Below, in pieces: positions 51,676-64,000 of a stretch of DNA of 64,000 bases. Origin of the DNA: the human T2T-CHM13v2.0 reference genome, Homo sapiens; NCBI RefSeq assembly GCF_009914755.1, contig NC_060926.1, one strand, 5' to 3'. Every line of letters starts with the position of its first letter. Within the stretch, counting starts at the first letter, position 1. Below the pieces are notes generated by a model. It did no database searches. It was not told where the DNA came from and was given only the letters and a program-made list of their open reading frames with translations. The translations under genes and the position numbers were made by a program.

Positions 51676-54296
51676 TCCAGAAAAAATTTTAAAAGAATCC
51701 AGTGAAATGACGATTTGTCACTTTTCCTTTTTTCTTTAACGCATCGGATATGTATTTCCATTTACTATGATTAAGGCTTAGTGTTATCTCACTTTGCAAG
51801 TTGGTAAAGATGTCTTCATCTGTGGGAGTGATCAACATATACTGTATTAGCACCTAAAACTCCTTTGGTGTGTGTGTATGTTGTGACTTCTAGTAGTAAA
51901 ACTCATGTAAACCATAACTCCTACCCTTATCTCTTCGGTGAATCAAAGAAACTGTTGAAACTTTGGTTACCAGTTGGAGAACTGCTGTCTTTTTAAAAAT
52001 GTGAAGGTAACAAATGAGAAGGTAAGTAGGCAAGTAAAACATGAAAAACAAAAAAAGAAACTTGTGGAGGTCACGTTTTTAACTCATTGCTGTGGTATGA
52101 TATTGCATCAGTACACAGAAACCAGAGGTTGAGGGTCGCATGTTAGGTATAATCTTCCAATCTAGAATTTGGGTTGTGTATATTAAACACATGTGTTGAA
52201 AAGTATGCTTATTTGTATATATGAATGATCTGTGCTTTTTCAGAGCCGACCAGTGTTGAATATATTGTTTTGAATGAAAGTAAATGTATTATATCGGGGC
52301 TTGGTAGACTTGTAGCTTGTTTACCTTTTTAGCCTTATTCTTTGGTGTGCATGGAGTAGGCCTCATAGCCAGGTTGCCCATTTGTTACCCAGACTTTTGC
52401 TAAATACTAACAAGACACTCTTGAGAGAATAGTGACTTTGTTTTGAATACAATTTGATATCTGTTTTTAACATCTAGTCTGGAAAATAGTATATCAGTAG
52501 GTCATAAATAAAAGTTTGGGTGGACATTGTTCAAACATTCTAAGAGAAGAACGGACTGGTTCTCAAGTTATTTAGGCCATTTTAGGTGGTAAGAATAAAA
52601 AGTCAGTATATTGGTGTTTCCAGTTGGGTTTAGAAGTAGATTTAACTTTGTTAGCCATTCTTTTTCCAGACGTACTCTGGAGATAATTAATTCTTTTTTA
52701 TTTGGCACCATATTCATTTAGACTGGCAGGTGACATAATAGTTTTCATTAAAATGGAATTTGTTGATGTATAAATAGGCTGAGGTTAGGGCTAGGCTGGC
52801 TCCAGGGGCACCAGGCATGTCATCAGGACTGATCTTGTTCTCTTCTGTCAACTGTTGGCTTCATTTTCAGGGTAGTTTTCTTCACATGGGGTAGAGATGA
52901 CCAATGGAGCTCAAAAGACAGGAACATGGCCATTTTGTTGGAGATACTCTAGGGAGTACCTTTATTATTCCGTTATGGATCCTTTCCCTGAATCAGTAAC
53001 TGGGACCAGGGAGTGAGGTCTTCTGGCCACCTTGAGCTGTGCTCACCCCCTCAGGAGGTATATGGCCTTATAATACACTGTTCATCAGGTAAAGAGACAG
53101 TTCTAGAAAGGAACACTTAAACCCAGACAGAGTAATATATGTCTATTACAGTGCAACAGCTACATGTTATATCAGTAACATTCTCTGAGATGTTTTCCTG
53201 ACTAGCCTCGCCTTCTCAGCTTTTGCCTGGCCTCCTAACTATAATGCTCATATAATTCAAGTAGTGAGTTGTTAGTATGACTTAATCTATAGACTAGAGA
53301 ATACAACTTGGTTCATGTTCCTCTAGAACTTTTTTGAAATTACTTTAATGCTTGACATAGTAAAGTAATTTTCCTAAAGTTATTTTATTTCTAAAGTAGT
53401 TTCTAACTCTGGATAATAACATTGGTAAGGAGAAACTTGCCAACACTTCTGTGATACTGTCATACTAGAGCTAATAGAGAAGTTTCTGTTGTTTTCATGT
53501 CTTAGTCTCTTAGTCTTTAGGATGATGAAAATGGTGTTTTAGCAAACTGTTCACTTGGAATATTAAAACTAACTTATTTTTATTTAGGGCCCTGCTTCTT
53601 CATCTGTAAGGCTTCCAAAGTCTTTAAAAATGATCCAAAAATGCAGTTTAGGGAGAAAATTATGGAGGGCCCTGGCTCTGAGCTATGTGTACTTGGAGAC
53701 CCGTGGTACTTCCAGGAGATGATGCTCTCTAACTGGACGTTTCCTTGAAAGCTCTGAGAGTAGCAGACACTTCTGGCCATTCTCTTTAGATTAGATGTTA
53801 ACTCAACCCTTCAGAGAACAAAGACTAGACTGTCTGGCAGGACTCGAGGATTTTGAGAAATACAGTATGCTTTCACCTTATATGGGTGTGGTGATTGTGT
53901 GGCTGAGCTCAAAATGGTTGTTTGCGAATGTCGCTTGGAGAGGCCATAGGCTTATATTACCAAGTCTTTCTCCACTTAAGATGGAGGCCTGGATGGTGAT
54001 TTCGTCTGTTATGGGGGCACAATGTAGTGTCAGGCTGTGTGTTATTTATGATGAGTTTGTTGTATCTGCAGAATTCATATAGGTTTAATTCATCTTATTG
54101 ATACATGAAGACATTTGGGAGGAGATGAGGAGAGAATCTTTTAAAAGAAATTATTCATGGCCCTGGTCCTCCAGGAACTTGGAGGCTAATTGAGAAGATG
54201 AATCTGTATTTGTGGAATAGTACCTAAAATTTTGACCCTGGGCCCAGGAGGTCTGGGTTTGAATCCTTGCACTGCCAATTTACTGGTTCTACAATC

Positions 54297-54584
54297 TTTT
54301 TTTTTTTTGGAGACAGAGTCTCACTCTGTCACCTAGGCTGGAGTGCAGTGGTGTGTGATCTCAGCTCACTGCAACCTCTGCCTCCAGGGTTCAAGCGATT
54401 CTTGTGCTCCCAAGTAACTGGGATTACAGGTGTGCACAATGCATGGCTAATTTTTGTATTTTTAGTAGTGACGGAGTTTCACTATGTTGGCTAGGGGGAT
54501 CTTGAACTCCTGGGCTCAAGTAATCCACCCGTCTCAGCCTCCCAAAGTGCTGGGATTACAGGCATGAGCCACCACGCCCGGCCT
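54297..54584 (-). mobile_element. AluS within MIR
   Basis: Antisense Alu, TSD CTACAATCTT. Confidence 0.9.
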
Positions 54585-54727
54585 GATCCTACAATCTTGC
54601 TTAGCCAGTTTTTCCTTCAGTAAACTGACATCACAGAGTTATGAGAGTGAAATAAATAATAGACGTGAACTGGCTTTGAAATTTGTAAAACAGGGTAGAC
54701 GTGTTATTTATAAAGTCTGTGCCTTAA

Positions 54728-55035
<308 letters not shown>

Positions 55036-55049
55036 AAGCACTGTTTAAT

Positions 55050-56200
55050 TGAGACATTTTGGGTAATATTTAGGTGTCTTTATTACTGGTTTATGTTAAA
55101 TACCACTCTGTGTCCAGTGGTCTGCTTAACATTGTAAAGAATGCTTAAAAGGTATAAGAAAGAGTCTTTAAGGAACTTAGAAGTTAGTTGGAGAGACCAG
55201 ACTCATATTTGAAAGGGGGAAAAAACAAGACCACGGCACACAGTGTATAACAGTGCTTCTGGTGAGTACAGACACCAGTGAAGAGAGAGAGCCCTTAGAA
55301 AGAACTGCATGGGAGTAGATGGGCATTATTTCAACTGAACTTTAGATCACCTCATCAGTAGTTATTAATCACCATTTATAGGTAGAACTAAGCAAAATCT
55401 TCTAGGAGTTACAAAGAACAAGCTTTTTCATCCTCTAAGAACTTTGTGTCCAGTTAGGGAGATGAGACTGGCATTTTTTAACAAACACACAAACAAAAGC
55501 AGTGCCCTGTAATGCACGGTTATGTATCTAGGCTAGATGCTACATGAGTGGTGTGGACAAAAAGGGGTAGGATTTGAGACAAGGAGAGACTCTTTTTACC
55601 TATGGGAAGTTTTAGTAGCAGAGATTGAATATGGATAGCAGAAAGAGCTATATGGAGTGCCTGGAGGGGAGGATGGCAAGAACAAAGGTGTAGAGGAGTG
55701 AGAGGTGAAGGACCAGATTGCAGGGGAAAGGCGATAAGAGCATTAAAATTAAATTGGAATCAGGTTTTGTAAAGCCATGGATACCAGGGAAAGTAGTAGA
55801 CTGGGAAGATATTGAATTACTTTGGGGTGGGGTGGGGACATTTTGAATAGGGAGGGGACAGGGACACGATCAGAGACCAGTTGTCAGCAGTATTTAGGTT
55901 GGTTTGGAGTTGGGAGTGAGGTTTGACTAGAGGCAAGAAGGTTAGCTAAGGCTAAGTGTCAACCTAGATTTGATGAAATAGGGACCTGTCTTTGGGTACT
56001 GGTGGTAGAAATTTAAAGGGACACATGAAAGGGATTTCTGAGGGAAGGAATGACCAGGAGTTGGTGCACAGATGGAGTCTGGCAGAGTAGGAGAAAAGGG
56101 CAGGAAAAACCAAAGGTTAATCCAAGGTTTTAAACATGAATGATGGGTAGATCATTATGGAACCAGGTAGAAAATAGGAAGTTTAGGAGAGGGGAAGGTG
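55050..56200 (-). mobile_element. L2 fragments
   Basis: Purine-rich L2-like sequence. Confidence 0.5.
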
Positions 56201-56214
56201 GAAATCTGAGTTTG

Positions 56215-56533
56215 ATTTTTTTTTGTTTTTGTTTTTGTTTTTTTGGGGGGTGGGGGAGGGGGGGTCTCATTCTGTTGCCCAGACTGGATTGCAGTGTCTC
56301 GGCTTACCACAATCTCTGCCTCCTGGGTTCAAGTGTTTCTTCTGCCTCAGCCTCCTGAATAGCTGGGATTACAGGCATGCGCCACTACCGCCTGGCTAAT
56401 TTTTGTAGTTTTAGTAGAGATGGGGTTTCACCATGTTGGCCAGGCTGGTCTTGAACTCCTGAACTCAAATGATCCACCCACCTCGGCCTCCCAGAGTGCT
56501 GGGATTATAGGCGTGAGCCACTGCACCTGGCCT
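56215..56533 (-). mobile_element. AluS
   Basis: TSD CTGAGTTTGATTTTT. Confidence 0.92.
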
Positions 56534-59500
56534 GAGTTTGATTTTTAAATATGAAATCCAGATTCCAATGCTACAGGAAACCTAATGTGGTTCCACCATT
56601 CATTTCAGAGATAAATGAGATGCCTAGAGATTAAGTCTTTATATTTGGAATTTGAAGGGAGTGAATAGGTTCTCTAAAATGTGACTGTCACAGACATATG
56701 TTTAAAATCTTGTGCCTGTATCTTTTTTCTTCTCTCTGCAATTCTTGCCTCATATACTTTGAAGCCTTTCCTGTCTTCTCTATGATAGTCATTGATACTG
56801 TTCTTTGCTCCAGGAGCACTATTAGTCTGTACCATGTAATTTCACTCTAAATATTAACTTTATTTCGTTTTTTTCCCCTCATGTTTGGTTTGCAGCACAC
56901 TGTGCCTCTAATTTGATGCACAGTCTTTAATAATCTCTCTGGATCAGAACACGTGTCTGTCAGTCTACTGTTCTCTGAAAGGTCAGGAGTTGAACACCAA
57001 ATACCATACTTTCTTTTACTTTGCAGATTTACCAGCTACTAATATACTGGAAAAATTTTGTTTTCAGTGTTTACCTCCTCCAGAAAAAAATGAATGTGTT
57101 CTATTTGTGCCTTTTCTCTTTCCTCTAAGCAGCCGCTGTGTCCTAGGTGCTGAAGTAGCTCACAAGAATCCCAAATTTCAATGGGCCGCAGTTTATTTTA
57201 CTACAGACAAAATGAAATAGTCCCTTATTTTTAAAAAATTCCAACCTTACCTTTTCAAGTTTCAAGTTTTTCTATTCTAGTACTTCGCAAGGATATCCAT
57301 GGTCACCTTGTCAGTGACTTTTCTAGAGTCAGTCTTAGATCTTTTTATCCTTTATCTACTTTATTCCCATTCTAAATTTCTTAAATCTGTGTAGAAATTG
57401 GTAACATGGGAAAAGTATCTTGAACATTGCTGACACAGGCCTTCAGCACTCAATAAATGTTAATTGACTCTAAATGTCATAGTTCTCCCTTTTACATTTT
57501 TTTCTGTTTTTTCTTGGTTTCATTTTGTATTTTAAGGCATCAAGGCTTTTATAAGAGTGGTATATCATAGATTTCCCCCCCCACCAGCCTTCTTAGTGAT
57601 GCCTAATACTCTTTTAACTTTCTGATTTTAGTGTTTTTATTTAAATAGCTAATCTAGAATGAATTCTGGAGTATATCTCTATGAGGTCTGAGTTTTCATT
57701 TAGGTACAGTTAGGTTTGTTTCCTAAATGGATTTCTTTGTATTTATCTGCATCAAAACTTGTGTTCCATTTTGCTTTCCACTTAATTCTAAATTTAAGAT
57801 CTCTGTCCATCTTATGAAAGTGGAGTTAACTTTTCATAACTCAGAAGAGCTCAAATGCGATACATGTAATATTTATAAACTTGGATATTTTAAATTTTTA
57901 CTGCCTATAGGATATTCATTAAAATGTCAAGCCAGGTCTTAGTGATTTCTGCGGAATCTTATTTCTGTGGAAATATTCCAGTCTTAGGTGGTGATACTTT
58001 CAACCTTCTTGAAAATCATCACCATAACAATACTTTTTTATATTGTGCCTCCCTATTTTTTTATAGAGTGCTCTCAAGTATGGTGGGTCTCATCTCTCAT
58101 GTGTTTGACTCGTGGGCAGCATGTATTTCATGGTGTAATTGACACCTTTAAACTGCCTTTTATAGACCAAATTAGAACTTTTTATTATCTCCTGATGGCA
58201 GACATTTCAGGCTGCAACATGGTGTGCTGCCTACCAACCAGCTGTTTAGTTTTAGCAATGCTATCTTTAACAGTGTGTTTGTGCAGTTGAACCCCCTCCC
58301 CCCATATCATAAAAATAAGTGGCAGACGGAAAATTAAAAGTGCAGATACTGAGTAGGGATGAGAAACGTACTTGTCAATATTAATGATATATTTGTCTAG
58401 ATTGTATTAAGGTGAGCCAAAATAGTGGGTAAATCTTGTCACGGAGCTGGACACGAGACGTGCTTTTTTTTGAGGCTTGTGATCAGTAGGGAAGAAAGTA
58501 AAACAAATGTATGTACAAAATGCTAAAAGTGTATTGAAGGTGTAACCAAGGTATTAGTAGGGATTTTATAGTTTTTAGCTTTGTGCAAACCAGTCACCCT
58601 TTTAATGTGTACGTTTGTTATACCTTCCTATATTCTGACTTAGAATATACTTTTATAGGGTCACATTATATATTAGAGATGTTTCATTGCATCTTTGACA
58701 AATGTGGAAATAGTTTTGTAAAAAAGAAACTGTCTCAAAAGTGACTTGAGTCAGAGCACAAGCCCATTAATTCCTGGGGTTGGTGGGAGAGGTCATTATT
58801 TGGAAGAGAGAAGGAACTTATAACTGATGCCAGGGGACTCTTTTGTGAATGTGTCTTATTTGAAAATATGTGTGCATATGTGTGTTTGTATGTTTGTGTT
58901 GATCTTGGGTACTGTGACCTTGTTGAACTCTCATCTATTCTTGGATTGTGTTTGTGTGTAGATTCTTTGGGATTTTCTACTTAGGCAATAATGTTATTGA
59001 CAGACAGGAACAGTATTATTTCCTAACTTACTTGGTATTTGCAGAACTTAGGCTGCAGTGTTACTGTGTAGCAGATACTAAACATTCTGTGAGAGAGTGA
59101 GGGGTCAGTGAACTGCTGAGTGAAACTGCTGGCAATTTCAGAGGGTGTTGGTAGTACCAGACAGTCTTCAATGCTGGGTTTGAAATTGAGATTATGTAAT
59201 ACATAATTAATTATTTTCATATTTATTCTTTTGGTAACTAGTTACTGAACGTGTAGTATTTGCCAGTTACTATACTAAACGTTGGGGATTGGTCATATTT
59301 CCTACTAAAGTTAATTTTGTGGGAGTAATGGACAAATAACTATTTACAACAAAGTGTGAAACTCTGATAGGGAAGTATAGGATGCTATGGAAACAAACAT
59401 TTTTCTTATTTATTGTTTCTGTGAAACTAGTGGGCATACATCCTAAAATGGCAAAGCAGTGAGGCTCAAGGGCAGAACTTGAAAATTTTGAGTATCGTGC

Positions 59501-60389
59501 TTAAAATCTGTTTATATGATAAAAGGTGCTGTTCTATTTTATTGAAAATTTTAACTTAATAAAGCAACACACGTAGATGGTCTACATATGTTCGTTCTTT
59601 GCTTATATTGAACATGCTAATTCTTACACTTGTTTAATCATAAAACTGACTTTAAAAAGTACTTGTGACCCTCCAGTGATGAGTGAGCATTGCGTCAGAG
59701 TTGTTTCTTTCAGGCTCATGCATTGGGCCTGGGTTCCCTGGGTTTACTACATTGGAAGACACAGTTAGTGCAGGACTTTCTTCTGGGTGACAAGTGACCA
59801 CCGCAGTGGCCAACCTGGATGTAGTTATGGTGGAGATGGCTGTCACAGTAATTCCCCAGCTTTTCTTCTAGGAACTGAATCCAGTTTCTTTCACATAAAG
59901 GTTCTCCTAGAAGCAGGTTGTGTTTTCATACAGAGAAATCAAAAGAACATTAGAACTCTCCCAGTAGGACTTATAGAAGTTTGGTTGACTGTCAGTCTGG
60001 TCATTATAGCAATTTTCAAACCTGTTTTAAACCTTTGGCTGCTTTCCACTGAATCCATTTGAAAATGCATTAGTGAACTCTTTCTCTCTTAACAGGGCTT
60101 TCCCAGGGTTCTCTTTCAGATTATTCCATTCTGCTTTTCTTGAGTTTCCAAATACCTTACAGAAATTATTTTTCCTTGGAGCATTCTGAGAACTCTCAGT
60201 ATTAATTAATTGGCCATAAACTGCTTGTATCTGTCATTCATAAAATTGAAAACCAAAAATTAGAGGAATTTGTAGATGGTAAAGGAAGAAAAGGAGGTAA
60301 CAAATAGCACCAAACTCCAGATATGTAAGTTACTACGATTTGAAAATATCAGTGGATTTCAAGGTTGGTGCGTGGAAGTTCAGTGGTAA

Positions 60390-60782
<393 letters not shown>

Positions 60783-60839
60783 TAGAAATAAATGTGTCTG
60801 GATGGATAGGAGGTATGACTTCTTTTTAAAAACATTTTC

Positions 60840-62540
<1,701 letters not shown>

Positions 62541-63219
62541 ATATGGCTCTAACAAAAGCAAAAACAAAAACTATTTTTTCCTCACTTTATTTACCATCAA
62601 TTCAGATACTTATATGTCTTGCACATTTGCAGGCACTATTAATATAAAACTGGAGTATACAATTTATAATAAGGACTTGGTCTTCCCTTGGGGGCTTATG
62701 TTTAGTAGAGACTGATGACGGTATATATACATGAAATTGTTAAAATGGGTTATAATTAAGTGCTGGGGGAGTAGGGGAGAGATCAGAAGTTACCAGGAAT
62801 TCAGAAGAGGGAGTAAGTCTGTGGTCAGATGGGTTCATAGAGAAGATGAGGCTGTTGAGGTTAGGTGTGCTTTAGGTACAGAAAGATCAGAAATGGCCAG
62901 AACAGAGCTGCTGAAGCAATTAGATGCTTTTGGTCCAAGAAATCTGTGGAACACCTTTTAAACAGATTTTGAAATTTTCTTGAAGTACCAAGTCTTGCCT
63001 TAGCCTAAATTATGTTATTAGAAGTTGGAAGCCTAATTGTGTTATTGGAAGTTGGAAACACTTGATAGAAACTTTGTGCAACTGTATTTAGAGATAAGGA
63101 AAGCTTTTTTCTTATCTTTTCATTTATCTCAGTAGTTGTCATTGAACCAGACTTAATATAGTCCCTCTTCACAGTTCCCTGTAACCTTTTAGGATTTCTT
63201 TTCATAGAATTTTAGAGAC

Positions 63220-63740
63220 ACTATTCTTGTCATCGTCACTGATTACTTCCACATTGTAAATCCAGTGGCCAATTCTCAGTCCCCATCTTACTTGACCTAG
63301 TAGCACATCAACACAGCTGGTTACTCCTCCTTCCTTGACACATTTTCTTCTCTTGGTTTCCCCAACATTATACTTTTCTTGAGTTTCCTCCTCCATCACA
63401 GTTAGTGCTTCAGTAGTCTTTGTTAGCCTCCTTTTCCAGTTCTATTTCTTCCCAGCCTCATAAACTTGGAGTTCTCAAGACTCAGTTCTTTTATCACTTC
63501 TCTGTGTCTGTACTGACTCCCCTGGTGATTTCATATAGTCCCATGCATTAAGTATCATATATATATATATATATGTCAGTGACTCACAAATTTGTATCTC
63601 CAGCACTAACACTGCTGTTGAACTCCAGGTTTGTATATCTCACCAACTCCTCCACTTATGCACTGCGGTGCCTACTCAATGTCTCAAACTTAACAAGCCC
63701 CAAACTGAACTTTCTCTCTCTCCTCTCCCCTCATACCTGC
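63220..63740 (+). mobile_element. L2 fragment
   Basis: aaatccagtggccaattctcagtccccatcttacttgacc, caactcctccacttatg...tctcaaacttaac L2 motifs. Confidence 0.75.
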
Positions 63741-63754
63741 TTAGCCTTTATTCT

Positions 63755-64000
63755 TTTTTGGCAGGATGGGGAGTTGAGGTCTCGCTCTGTCACTCAGGCT
63801 GGAGTGCAGTGCTGTAGCTCCCTGCAGCCGAGACGTCCCAGGCTGAAGTGATCCTCGCACCTCAGCTTCCCAAGTAGCTGGGACCACAGTCGTGTGCCAC
63901 CATGCCCAGCTAATTTTTGTATGTTTTGTAGAGACAGGGTCTGACTCTGTTGCCCAAGGTTGGTTTCAAACTCCTGTGCTCAAGTGATCCTCCTGCCTTG
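63755..64000 (-). mobile_element. AluJ, cut by window end
   Basis: Antisense AluJ-type sequence. Confidence 0.88.

Noticed and set aside
55822-56266. G-run clusters (possible G-quadruplexes) at ~55822-55864 and ~56244-56266
   Set aside because: Within L2 and Alu-tail sequence; such motifs are common and nothing suggests function

Overview
Human (primate) genomic DNA, mostly interspersed repeats: ~45 Alus, long decayed L1 and L2 fragments, MaLR/ERV LTRs, MIRs and hAT DNA transposon remnants. The only intact coding sequence I can support is exon 1 of RMND5A (CTLH/GID E3 ligase RING subunit; ATG 46653, donor after 46794, + strand). It sits in a CpG island with CCAAT/GC boxes and is followed by intron 1 to the window end. 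The most notable unexplained signal is a chain of minus-strand, splice-site-bounded, nearly open reading frames in the non-repeat islands between ~42.5 and ~24 kb. These look like a decayed multi-exon gene running away from the RMND5A CpG island, and one putative exon is split by an LTR3 (HML-6) insertion whose removal restores the frame. I could not identify the protein and this remains an inference. Other points: an LTR10 solo LTR with an AP-1 tandem repeat, a strong-Kozak uORF in the RMND5A leader, a 37-nt U2 snRNA retrocopy, a 229-bp local duplication, an 82-nt hairpin and a Charlie-type transposase fossil. Repeat subfamily calls and boundaries are by eye and approximate.
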